The notes under the pieces: generated by a model
Databases searched by the model: none
What the model was told of the DNA's origin: nothing
Seen by the model: the letters and a program-made list of their open reading frames with translations, nothing else
Made by a program: the position numbers and the translations under genes
Part shown: in pieces, positions 42,848-51,807 of the stretch
How the letters are laid out: each line of letters opens with the position of its first letter
Numbering within the stretch: position 1 is the stretch's first letter
DNA from: an uncultured Bacteroidales bacterium
Lineage (GTDB): Bacteria > Bacteroidota > Bacteroidia > Bacteroidales > UBA4417
Direction: 5' to 3'
Length of the DNA stretch: 64,000 nt
Assembly: GCA_903879715.1 (NCBI GenBank)
Contig: CAIRMR010000189.1
Location: forward strand, 30,613-94,612

Positions 42848-43447
42848 ATGAAAAAAGTATTGCTAATCAACACACATTTAACCTATCCAAATTGGACAGA
42901 AGGAACACTAAATAATTCATTTATTGAAAAAGCAAAATCATTTTTTGAAACAATAGGTTTTGAAGTGTTAGAAACAAAAGTAGAGAGCGGTTACAATCCT
43001 GATGAAGAAGCAGAAAAACATCTGGAAGCGGATATTGTTATTCTCCAAACACCAGTAAATTGGTTTGGTGCACCCTGGATCTATAAAAAATATGTGGATG
43101 AAGTTTTTAATAGTGGATTGTTTAGTAAAAAATTCTTGACAGGCGATGGACGAACCAGACAAGATGATTCCAAACAATATGGAACAGGCGGACTCTTACA
43201 GGGCAAGAAATTTATGATTTGTGCTACCTGGAATGCACCGGCCGAAGCTTTTGACAATCCTTCTCAAATACTCATGCAAGGAAAAAGCACTACAGATCTT
43301 TTCCTGAACATTACGAGTAACTACAAGTTTTGTGGTTTTGATATATTGACGGGCTTCAATTGCTTTGACATTTACAAAAATGAAAACAAAGCGAAAGACC
43401 TGGAAAATTATCCGGCACACTTGAAAAGTGTATTTATAGATAAATGA
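42848..43447 (+). CDS. mdaB: flavodoxin-like-fold NAD(P)H:quinone oxidoreductase (MdaB-like)
   Basis: The track start is a TTG at 42833; an ATG (MKKVLLIN) lies at 42848. The protein is collinear with E. coli MdaB: NWFGAPWIYKKYVDEVF, GDGRTRQDDSKQYGTGGLLQGKKFM, TWNAPAEAF. Confidence 0.8.
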   Translation: MKKVLLINTHLTYPNWTEGTLNNSFIEKAKSFFETIGFEVLETKVESGYNPDEEAEKHLEADIVILQTPVNWFGAPWIYKKYVDEVFNSGLFSKKFLTGDGRTRQDDSKQYGTGGLLQGKKFMICATWNAPAEAFDNPSQILMQGKSTTDLFLNITSNYKFCGFDILTGFNCFDIYKNENKAKDLENYPAHLKSVFIDK

Positions 43448-43451
43448 AGAA

Positions 43452-43554
43452 TAAAAAAGCTTATGAATAAGGGTTTAAATATCCACAGCACTTTACGCGG
43501 TTATTTAAGAGCAAAACAGGATTCACGCCTAATGAATACCGGCTACAGAATTAA
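43452..43554 (+). pseudogene. 3' remnant of an AraC-family gene (last ~30 codons, internal stop)
   Basis: Reads ..AYE*GFKYPQHFTRLFKSKTGFTPNEYRLQN*. It is collinear at nucleotide level with the 3' end of 39648..40559 (..AYELGFKYPQHFTRLFKQRVGCTPNEYKSLN*). No upstream part of the gene exists. Confidence 0.7.
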
Positions 43555-43719
43555 ATTTTAAAAATGCATAAAGTAAATTGCAAACGATTGTAATAAGGTT
43601 GTAATTCTATTGAATAATTTATCGTGAATACCTGTTTGCTACTGAAAACTTAATCAATGTCGAGGTAAACCCAATTAACATAAATAGTTCAACTTTGTTT
43701 CCTGGTATATAATTTGGGC

Positions 43720-44472
43720 TTAACTGGTTGCCAGAAGAATTGATATTTTGCGCAACCTCAAAGCGAAAAGTATCATCCATGCCATTAACATCAGACCTCC
43801 CGGAGCTGCAAATAAGGTAGCCATGCTTTTAACTTCAGGGACAAATGTTACCAGAATAAGGTAGACTGAAATCATTATGCTGCCTATCAGGCCAAGCCAG
43901 GCATTGGTCTTACTAAAAATCCCGGTTTTCAGCATTAGCCATGAAATGAGTATTCCACCCAAATTGGGCAGGATAAAGCTAATAAACATTCCATAACTTC
44001 CGTGGATGCCTTTTAATAGCATTGCTTCACCTGCCGCTGCAAACAGTATTTTTTGAGATTCGGAAGAGGCTGCATAATATTTTGAACTTAATTCAACCAT
44101 AGGCAATGCTGCATTTCCGGTAACCATTGCAATTGTGCCAACCAGAAAAACAATAAATGCAAGTAGGGAAAAGCCAGGTTGTATTTTGCTAAGAACAACA
44201 TACAACGCCAGGTAAGCCGGAATCATTATCAATTGAACAATTATATTTAACAGATCCAGATTGTACAAACCCAACAGCGGATTGCTTTGCATCTGCGTAA
44301 AGCGCTCTACTGCTGTTTGAGGAAGTTCGGCTAAATTTCCTCCGGAGATTGTTCCAAAAACAATATCGATGATTGTTCCAGCAAAAGCAATGAAGGTGCA
44401 TATTGAACCAAGCCAGATGACACTTTTCCACTTTGTGTCGACAATTCCAGTAACTGATATTATTTTACTCAT
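43720..44472 (-). CDS. polytopic membrane protein (DUF4386-like)
   Basis: The track start is a GTG at 44577; the likely start is the ATG at 44472 (MSKIISVTG). There are about 6 TM helices and no catalytic motif. Confidence 0.4.
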   Translation of the reverse strand: MSKIISVTGIVDTKWKSVIWLGSICTFIAFAGTIIDIVFGTISGGNLAELPQTAVERFTQMQSNPLLGLYNLDLLNIIVQLIMIPAYLALYVVLSKIQPGFSLLAFIVFLVGTIAMVTGNAALPMVELSSKYYAASSESQKILFAAAGEAMLLKGIHGSYGMFISFILPNLGGILISWLMLKTGIFSKTNAWLGLIGSIMISVYLILVTFVPEVKSMATLFAAPGGLMLMAWMILFALRLRKISILLATS

Positions 44473-44664
44473 GCTGAAAATGTTTAGTTGATTGGAAAAT
44501 AACTCTTTAACATTGTAACTGTGGGTTATTAGCTTTGCGAAGATGTCGTTTTTACCACTAAACTGCATACGAAGCACAGCACCTCAAATTTAGGAAAAAC
44601 TATTATAAAAAGCACTAAATCTTACTTTTTCCAGGCTGCTTTTTAGGTTGCGCTATTTCCGTCA

Positions 44665-45015
44665 CTATTTCACCAGGGCCGAGACTGTATGAGCTATAAT
44701 TTTGCTGTCAGTGATAAAAAATGTATCTGTGCCAAACGGAATTTCTGCCACATCCGATTTGCTTGACCAGATGATGTGTGCTACGTTATCACTAATAGTT
44801 AATTGCTTCATCTCAAAAAATGAACCGGTTGGAATTGCGGTAAACATTTCCATGAAAAAGGAACGGATTAACTGTAATCCTTTAAGTTTTCCTTTGTCAA
44901 TTAATAGAACTGAATGTTCAGTATAGTCCAGCATTATTTCATCAAGGTTATTGTTGCCAAATGCTGTCAGATGGTGCATTAAAACTTCATAGGTAGCTGT
45001 TTCGATTGTATTCAT
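44665..45015 (-). CDS. SnoaL/NTF2-like small protein
   Basis: 116 aa, with an alpha+beta cone pattern (..LDEIMLDYTEHSVLL.. ..HIIWSS.. ..DTFFITDSKI). Confidence 0.5.
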   Translation of the reverse strand: MNTIETATYEVLMHHLTAFGNNNLDEIMLDYTEHSVLLIDKGKLKGLQLIRSFFMEMFTAIPTGSFFEMKQLTISDNVAHIIWSSKSDVAEIPFGTDTFFITDSKIIAHTVSALVK

Positions 45016-45027
45016 GTTTAAGAGTAT

Positions 45028-45068
45028 TTAAAACAAACAAAGTAGTCCAGAGAGGTGGACTACTTTGT
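45028..45068 (-). terminator. rho-independent terminator after the 45089 gene
   Basis: Stem acaaagtagtcca (45037-45049) pairs with tggactactttgt (45056-45068) around a 6-nt loop. A T-rich tract follows on the minus strand (plus-strand ttaaaacaaa). Confidence 0.7.
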
Positions 45069-45088
45069 TTTGTCAATGTTAATAAAAG

Positions 45089-45508
45089 TTATTTAGGTTG
45101 GTTATACATGTACCGTGCAATTTTCCAAACGCCACCTTCTTTGTGTATTACAAAGGTTTCACGGTATTCAGTTACAACTGTTTCGTTTTTTGCTTTAATT
45201 ACAAACGAACCTGCTGAAGTAGAACTTACGATTGCATAGTTGCCTTGAATAATAACTTCGCCAATGCTTACTTTAAGTGAGTAACTGAAATTTTCAAATA
45301 CGTATTGGAATGTTCCAATTACCTGTTCGCTTCCGGTAGCTGTTGGTGCACCCTGTGCAAGCAATACCCCGGTTTTTGTAAAAAAGGAAGTTACCTTGGC
45401 CGCATCTCCTGAATTTAATGCGTCGAAATAATTATGCACCAAAGTTTCTACTGCTGATTTGTCCTTTGACTGCGCGTTTGCTGTGTTTCCCATTAATAAT
45501 AATGACAA
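45089..45508 (-). CDS. NTF2-like (SgcJ/EcaC / DUF4440-type) protein; its signal-peptide start is out of frame
   Basis: HNYFDALNSGDAAKV..GGVWKIARYMYN is typical of the family. The ORF as drawn starts at a TTG. An ATG-led MKKSIIGLLTI signal start at 45539 lies 31 nt upstream, in a different frame. Confidence 0.6.
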   Translation of the reverse strand: MSLLLMGNTANAQSKDKSAVETLVHNYFDALNSGDAAKVTSFFTKTGVLLAQGAPTATGSEQVIGTFQYVFENFSYSLKVSIGEVIIQGNYAIVSSTSAGSFVIKAKNETVVTEYRETFVIHKEGGVWKIARYMYNQPK

Positions 45509-45563
45509 TAGTTAATAAACCTATGATTGACTTTTTCATTTTTCTTGATTTTTAGTTGATTAA

Positions 45564-46214
45564 TTAAATTTTTGCTTTTGCTTCTGATGCAGTTACCGTT
45601 TTACCTAATGCTCCAAACTCGTGCAAGTCGCCAAAAACTTCTAGACGAATAGACTGATTTAAGCCTCCAACACGAACAGCTGCAAACCCATTATCAGCAA
45701 TTAACTCTTCAATCTGAGAGTCGATTGTTTTGTCGTCAGTTGCGTAAAACAATGTAGCCTCCTCTGGTTTCTGATAAGCAGCTGTTGCCAATGAACCGGC
45801 TCCTAATGTTCCCAATGCTTTTGCAAGTTTTGCATTTTTAGGAAGAAATGTGGCATTGATTTGTCCTGCAGATTTTTCTGCATCAATGATTTTTTTGAAC
45901 CCACCCTTTTCGTCTGGTGCAATTGGATTTGATGGGTCAACAATAATTTTACCTTCCAGGGCAGTCGCATTTTGTTGTAAAAAATCGCCAATTGCTCCAA
46001 ATGGAATTGACAAAATTAAAATATCGGCTTCTTTCACGGCTGTTGCAATATCGCCAGGCTGTGCAGAAGCTCCCCATTTTGCAGCAAGTTCTTTTGCTTT
46101 TGCTACATTTCTGTCAGCTGCAATAAATGTCCTGTTTGATTTTGCAAGGTTGGCGGCTACTGCTTGTCCAATTTTTCCTAAGCCAATTATGGCTACTTTT
46201 GATTTAGTTTTCAT
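45564..46214 (-). CDS. NADP-dependent oxidoreductase, F420-reductase (Npd)/ProC-like Rossmann protein
   Basis: VAIIGLGKIGQAVAANL dinucleotide fold, 216 aa. Confidence 0.75.
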   Translation of the reverse strand: MKTKSKVAIIGLGKIGQAVAANLAKSNRTFIAADRNVAKAKELAAKWGASAQPGDIATAVKEADILILSIPFGAIGDFLQQNATALEGKIIVDPSNPIAPDEKGGFKKIIDAEKSAGQINATFLPKNAKLAKALGTLGAGSLATAAYQKPEEATLFYATDDKTIDSQIEELIADNGFAAVRVGGLNQSIRLEVFGDLHEFGALGKTVTASEAKAKI

Positions 46215-46316
46215 ACTATTTTCGTTTAATTGTTGTTACTGATTTAACGATGCAAAGGTCCGTTGGAAGGCGGTGTCGCTCCAATGATCTTTGACAAGAA
46301 ATAGTATTGATGTAGA

Positions 46317-46928
46317 TTAAGACTTTCGTTTAACCTGCTTGTTGCGTAAACGGCTTAAAAACTCAGGAGTCATGCCTAAGAATGAAGCAACCTGAGTTTG
46401 AGGCAGGCGATTTGTGAGGTGAGAATATGTTTTAAGAAATGACAAATAATTTTCTTCCGCGTTGGAACTGATGTTTTGGAGGAGTCTTTTTTGAAGTGAT
46501 ACATAACTGTTTTCGACCAGTACTCTGAATATACGGTCAAATTTTGGTGCCTGGGTGTATAGTGTAAGCAAATTTTCGTAACTGATCTGCAATACCATAG
46601 TATCCTCGATAGTATCAATATTAAGTGCTGATGGAGTTCGGTCATGAAAGCTGCCGATGTCCATTAACCACCAATTTTCTGAGGCAAACTGTATAATATG
46701 AATGTTGCCGCCAGTATCCACTTTATACATTCGCAAGCAACCACGAACTACAAAATTGCACTGATTGCAAATGTCGCCTTCCTGCAAAACATACTGACGC
46801 TTTCTGTAAAGCCGGGGTTTAAATAACTCAATAACCAAATGCTGTTCCTTTTTATTCAGAGGCATTATTTCCTGAAAATAATTCAGAAGCGGCTCAATTT
46901 GTGTCTGTAATATGTCGTCTTTGTTCAT
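46317..46928 (-). CDS. Crp/Fnr-family transcriptional regulator
   Basis: cNMP-binding beta-roll (..LQEGDICNQCNFVVRGCLRMY..) and a C-terminal HTH (..LPQTQVASFLGMTPEFLSRLR). Confidence 0.85.
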   Translation of the reverse strand: MNKDDILQTQIEPLLNYFQEIMPLNKKEQHLVIELFKPRLYRKRQYVLQEGDICNQCNFVVRGCLRMYKVDTGGNIHIIQFASENWWLMDIGSFHDRTPSALNIDTIEDTMVLQISYENLLTLYTQAPKFDRIFRVLVENSYVSLQKRLLQNISSNAEENYLSFLKTYSHLTNRLPQTQVASFLGMTPEFLSRLRNKQVKRKS

Positions 46929-47191
46929 GGTTTCGTTCGGTCTGTTTTTTTAAAAGTCGGGTAGTTGTAAGTATTACCCACAACGTATGTTGGCAGGGCG
47001 AGGATGGCGTTTACACACTAAATTAAATGAAAGGCACAACATCTCAATTTTACCTTAAACTGAATACCACCACTGTACTTGATACAAAGCACAAAATTAC
47101 TTTTAATCACTGAACCGACAACATCTTGCAGCTTATGGTATTCTATCGATTGCATCTCCGACCTGAAGGTCAGGGCAAATGATTGAATCAA

Positions 47192-47704
47192 TTATTTGTA
47201 TTTAAGTATTCTGTTTTTGTTGTTGTGTAACTTGCGGACTGTAATGATATAGATAGAAATTCCGATAAGCAGAATACCGATTTCGCCAAACCAGGCAACC
47301 ATACTGTTTGACCATAGACCGAGTCCATACGTTGCGGTATAGTCAGAGAACCAGGGTAAGCCTGTATCGGCTGGATAAAATGCAGATTTTGGTGAGGCAA
47401 TAAAATCCAGAACCAAATGGCTTAGAACAAGCAGACCTAAAAGAAGGCTTATTTTTAATTTACGGTTTACCAGAAAGAAGATAAATGCAGCAAGCCCGGA
47501 CCAAACCAATCCCATGAGAATACTATGTGAATATGGTGAATAAGGAGGTGCCGCAGCATCGGGTGGATGCTCAATACCTATCGCCCAGAGGGTCATGAAA
47601 ATGATTTCAATTAATTCGGCTGCAACAATCAATAATACAACATTTACCGTGGGAACAATTTTTTTTGCTGCAAATCCTAATCCGATGTGTGCAAGGGCGG
47701 GCAT
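47192..47704 (-). CDS. membrane protein, YdjM/DUF457-like putative metal-dependent hydrolase
   Basis: 170 aa with 4-5 TM helices. Motifs HIGLG at the N-terminus and SHLVLDFI. Confidence 0.4.
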   Translation of the reverse strand: MPALAHIGLGFAAKKIVPTVNVVLLIVAAELIEIIFMTLWAIGIEHPPDAAAPPYSPYSHSILMGLVWSGLAAFIFFLVNRKLKISLLLGLLVLSHLVLDFIASPKSAFYPADTGLPWFSDYTATYGLGLWSNSMVAWFGEIGILLIGISIYIITVRKLHNNKNRILKYK

Positions 47705-47729
47705 AGTTAAATTCCAATAAATAGAATAT

Positions 47730-47737
47730 CAAAGGTA
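47730..47737 (-). promoter_or_regulatory. candidate -7 box TACCTTTG
   Basis: Plus-strand caaaggta lies 26 nt upstream of the ATG at 47704. Confidence 0.4.
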
Positions 47738-47979
47738 GAAATATGAAATGATTGCCAGAGTATTACAAACTAAATTTTTGAAAAATGTTTTATTGGGTTT
47801 TATGTTGCTTGAACTCTTGAATGCAATAACATTGAGAAAAAAGAATTGGTTTTGCAAATTTAAAGCTCGCTTAAAATATGAGCCTGCGGGGTTATTTTGA
47901 GGCACACTAAGTTGTATTTGATTTTTCCTACAAATGTTGTGACATCACTTCTTCTTCACTCTGTGTCAGTAAGGTATCC

Positions 47980-48810
47980 CTACTTTATTGCTTTCTCATT
48001 ATAATTTATCCGAACGCCATACAGATCAATCAGCAGGTTCAGTCCCAGCATCCCATTCGGATTTTCAGTTCCTTTAAGTTTACCGGAAAGAGCATCTTTG
48101 CTAATTGTAGCCTCATCATCCACGCGTTGCTTCGTTTCTACATTCGTGCCAAAATAATGTCCCGGATAAAGGGTTTTTATTCCGGATTTCTGCATAATTG
48201 CGCTCATTTTATGGCACGTAGCTAGGAGAGTTGAGAAGTCTTCGGCCAATAAAAGATTCCCTGAGCCGAATGAATCTCCACTGAATCCGTATCCTGCGGC
48301 TTTGTCGATATATGTGGTGGAACCCGGAGTGTGAGCCGGTGTAAAGACCACTTCAATCGTTCGACTACCCAGGTCGAACAGTTGCCCGTCTTCCAGATAT
48401 TTTACTTTCCCTTTGTAGTCCGGCATAAATTGAGGAATATTCACTGTATCGGCCGCAGCAATAAAAATTTCCGGAAAAACATCAATCGATGCCCCGGTGT
48501 GATCCGGATGAACATGAGTAGCTACAAGAGTTACCGGCTTTTTTGTAATAGTTGCCACAATCTTGTCCAGGTCCTTAATATTGGTTCCGGCATCGATCAA
48601 TAAGGCTTCTTTGCTTCCTTCAACCAGGTAAATGCTTTCATTAAACATCACATGACCTGTGCCTACCCAGGTATGATCATCAATCTGGTGAAAGACTACA
48701 TCGTCATTTTTAAAAACTTCTTTCCCCGCGATTTCCGTTGCTGGCATCTGGGCAAAGGTGGATGAACAGAAAATGATTAAAATTACTGTTGCCAAAAATA
48801 GCTTGTTCAT
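47980..48810 (-). CDS. secreted MBL-fold metallo-hydrolase
   Basis: Signal peptide, motif ATHVHPDHTG (HxHxDH), and downstream H/D ligands. Confidence 0.85.
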   Translation of the reverse strand: MNKLFLATVILIIFCSSTFAQMPATEIAGKEVFKNDDVVFHQIDDHTWVGTGHVMFNESIYLVEGSKEALLIDAGTNIKDLDKIVATITKKPVTLVATHVHPDHTGASIDVFPEIFIAAADTVNIPQFMPDYKGKVKYLEDGQLFDLGSRTIEVVFTPAHTPGSTTYIDKAAGYGFSGDSFGSGNLLLAEDFSTLLATCHKMSAIMQKSGIKTLYPGHYFGTNVETKQRVDDEATISKDALSGKLKGTENPNGMLGLNLLIDLYGVRINYNEKAIK

Positions 48811-48988
48811 GTGTTTGTTTTTTAATTTTTATAGGTCAAATGGAATTGCTCACAACTTTCTTGATTTTAATTGGTGGCCATAAGCTCAAGGTTAGCCAGA
48901 TTGATCAAAATATCATCTTCGTATGGTATTTTATTCCAATCATGGCTATCTCAATTAAAATTTCAGGTTGATCATTCATTTGCTGAAG

Positions 48989-49945
48989 TTAAAGTTTAGC
49001 AGCAATAAATTTCTCGAGTTTAACCAGGTCTTCGGCAAACTTGCGGATTCCTTCCGAAAGTTTTTCCACTGCCATAGCTTCTTCATTATGCATCCAGCGG
49101 AAATCTTTTTCATCGAGGTGAATTTGCTGAATATCAGTATTTTTAGATTTTTCAGGATCGAGTTTTCGCAGGAGTTCACCTTCGTTGTTTTCCAGTTCGG
49201 CGAGCAAATTCGGCGATATTGTCAAGAGGTCGCAGCCTGCCAGCTCAATTATTTCCCCAATATTCCGGAAACTGGCACCCATTACCTCGGTTTTGTAACC
49301 AAACTTCTTGTAATAGTTGAAGATGTAATTCACGGATAATACGCCCGGATCTTCGTTGGAAGGAATGGAATCAACTCCGCGGTCTTTTTTATACCAATCG
49401 TAAATTCTACCGACAAATGGTGAAATAAGCTGAACCTTTGCCTCGGCACATGCAATGGCCTGGGCTTTGCTGAAAAGCAGTGTAAGATTGTTATGAATTC
49501 CTTCCTTTTCAAGCTCTTCTGCTGCTTTGATACCTTCCCAGGTACTTGCCAGCTTAATTAATATTTTTTCGCGGGAGATTCCGTTGCTCTCATAAAGGTT
49601 AATTATTTTGTGCGCTTTGTCAAGACTACCCTGGATATCGAACGAAAGTCGCGCATCTACTTCAGTTGAAACCCGTCTCGGAACTATTTTTAAGATCTCC
49701 AATCCAAAGTTAACTGCAAGCATATCCATGCTTTCCGCCAGTTTTGACTCAAAAGTACTGCCCTGTTTCCTGCCATATTCCACGGCTGCGTCTACAAGGT
49801 GTGCGTATTCCTTTTTCTGGGATGCAGCGTAAATTAGTGATGGATTTGTGGTGCCATCAATGGGTTTGAATTGTACATAGCTTTCAAAATCGCCGCTATC
49901 GGCTACTACCTGCGTAACTAGTTTGAGTTGTTCTAAAAGGTTCAT
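48989..49945 (-). CDS. tal: transaldolase, TalB-type (canonical active site)
   Basis: 318 aa, collinear with E. coli TalB: [23 protein letters not shown] (the Glu codon gaa is read at 49661-49663), [32 protein letters not shown]. Confidence 0.95.
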   Translation of the reverse strand: MNLLEQLKLVTQVVADSGDFESYVQFKPIDGTTNPSLIYAASQKKEYAHLVDAAVEYGRKQGSTFESKLAESMDMLAVNFGLEILKIVPRRVSTEVDARLSFDIQGSLDKAHKIINLYESNGISREKILIKLASTWEGIKAAEELEKEGIHNNLTLLFSKAQAIACAEAKVQLISPFVGRIYDWYKKDRGVDSIPSNEDPGVLSVNYIFNYYKKFGYKTEVMGASFRNIGEIIELAGCDLLTISPNLLAELENNEGELLRKLDPEKSKNTDIQQIHLDEKDFRWMHNEEAMAVEKLSEGIRKFAEDLVKLEKFIAAKL

Positions 49946-50073
49946 TTTCCCGGATTTTATTTTACAGATTTGAATTATATTTCTATTTGTGGATGCTTAT
50001 TTTCAAGTAATAACCGTTAACAGAATGCATCGGTGAGTATTGATAAGATTCTATTATCGGGCATTAAAAGGGA

Positions 50074-51030
50074 TTATAGTTTGGCCGCTATAAATTCTTC
50101 AAGTTTTATTATGTCAAAAGTAAAGCTGCGTATTCCTTCCGAAAATTTTTCAACCGCCATTGCGTCTTCATTCTGCATCCAGCGGAAGTTCTTGGCATCA
50201 AGATGTATTTTCTGAACGTCAGTCGCTTTTGATTTCTCCGGATCAAGTTTTCGGACCAGCACATCCTGGTTATTCTCCAGTTCCGAAAGGAGATTTGGCG
50301 GTATAGTTAACAAATCGCAACCTGCAAGTTCAATGATCTGGCCTATATTCCGGAAACTGGCACCCATTACTTCGGTACGGTAACCAAATTTCTTGTAATA
50401 ATTATATATATAATTCACAAATTGTATTCCCGGATCTTCGTCCGGCGGAATGAAATCGACCCCGCGATCTTTTTTATGCCAATCGTAGATTCTACCAACA
50501 AAGGGCGAAATAATCTGAACCTTAGCTTCTGCACCGGCAATGGCCTGGGCTATGCTGAAAAGCAGAGTCAGGTTACAGTGAATGCCTTCCTTTTCCAGTT
50601 GTTCCGCAGCTTTGATGCCTTCCCAGCTACTGGTCAGCTTAATTAATATTTTGCAACGCGGGATTCCTTTATCCTCAAATAGCTTTATTATTTTCCGTGC
50701 CTTCGTCAGGCTACCATGCATATCGTACGAAAGCCTTGCATCCACTGCGATGGCAACTCTTCGTGGAACGATTTTCAATATTTCAATCCCAAAATTAACC
50801 GCAAGCATATCCATACTCTCAGCCAGCCTTGATTCAAAATTATCTCCTTTTTTTCTTCCATATTCTAAAGCGGCATCCACCAGGCCAGCATACTTCTTTT
50901 TCTGCGCTGCAGCAAATATCAGGGTAGGATTGGTTGTGCCATCAACTGGTTTGAATTGAGTTATGATATCAAAATCAACGCTATCAGCATCCACCTGAGT
51001 ATATTGCTTAAGTTGTTCCAGAAGGTTCAT
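50074..51030 (-). CDS. transaldolase paralog with the catalytic Glu replaced (STE to AIA)
   Basis: About 75% identical by eye to the neighbour. Asp, Lys (ILIKLTSSW), Asn, Ser and Arg are retained, but the sequence reads RRVAIAVDARLS. The codons gcc atc gca are read directly at 50746-50754. Confidence 0.9.
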   Translation of the reverse strand: MNLLEQLKQYTQVDADSVDFDIITQFKPVDGTTNPTLIFAAAQKKKYAGLVDAALEYGRKKGDNFESRLAESMDMLAVNFGIEILKIVPRRVAIAVDARLSYDMHGSLTKARKIIKLFEDKGIPRCKILIKLTSSWEGIKAAEQLEKEGIHCNLTLLFSIAQAIAGAEAKVQIISPFVGRIYDWHKKDRGVDFIPPDEDPGIQFVNYIYNYYKKFGYRTEVMGASFRNIGQIIELAGCDLLTIPPNLLSELENNQDVLVRKLDPEKSKATDVQKIHLDAKNFRWMQNEDAMAVEKFSEGIRSFTFDIIKLEEFIAAKL

Positions 51031-51078
51031 AAAACCGGGATTAATTTCAAGAAGGTTTGAATTAGGTTGTTTCTGTTT

Positions 51079-51744
51079 TTAGAATTCGATATCGTATAAT
51101 CCTTCGGCATCAATCTCAAACTGTTTCACACCTATATCGGTCATAGGATGGGTGATAAGCTGGTGAAGCAATTCGGTGCTGATAGTTGCTGCGTGTGAAC
51201 CTGCCATACTTACGCGGTATATCTGGTCGACAGTTTTAAAACTGGCCGCCAGCACTCTGCCTTTCAGTCCATAGGTTTCAATATTCTCAACAATATCGCC
51301 TACTACTTCAATTCCGTGCGAAGAAATATTATCCAGACGATTTACGTAAGGGGCCACAAAATCAGCACCAGCCTTCATGGCTACCAATGCCTGTTGCTGT
51401 GTAAAAATTACGGTCGCAGTAACATTAATTCCCGCATCCTTCAGGATGCGCATTGCTTTATAGCCATTTGCAGTAACCGGAATTTTAGCATAAAAATTAT
51501 CGCCGAAATCGAAATAGCTGCGGTATTTTTTAGCTTCACGCACCATGTCATCCGTTTCGGCAGAAATCATTTGAACGTGTACCATCCCGGTGCCTACTAA
51601 TTCCTGTATGCCTTGGATGGACTCAGAAAGTTTGTGCACGGAATGACTAAGAATTGTCGGATTGGTGGTAACACCCTCCAGTGGGAAAAAGGAATACAGC
51701 TCCCGAAGTTCATCCAGGTTGGCTGTGTCGGCCATGTATATCAT
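51079..51744 (-). CDS. fructose-6-phosphate-aldolase-type (FSA/TalC subfamily) enzyme
   Basis: 221 aa: GVTTNPT, Schiff-base YAKIPVT, and the FSA-diagnostic pair Gln (VHVQMIS) and Tyr (VAPYVNRLD) where transaldolases have Glu and Phe. Confidence 0.8.
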   Translation of the reverse strand: MIYMADTANLDELRELYSFFPLEGVTTNPTILSHSVHKLSESIQGIQELVGTGMVHVQMISAETDDMVREAKKYRSYFDFGDNFYAKIPVTANGYKAMRILKDAGINVTATVIFTQQQALVAMKAGADFVAPYVNRLDNISSHGIEVVGDIVENIETYGLKGRVLAASFKTVDQIYRVSMAGSHAATISTELLHQLITHPMTDIGVKQFEIDAEGLYDIEF

Positions 51745-51807
51745 AGTTTTTAAATTTATTAGTCAATGAGTTAAAAAAAATCAAATTTGAGATTCAATCG
51801 TTGAGCT

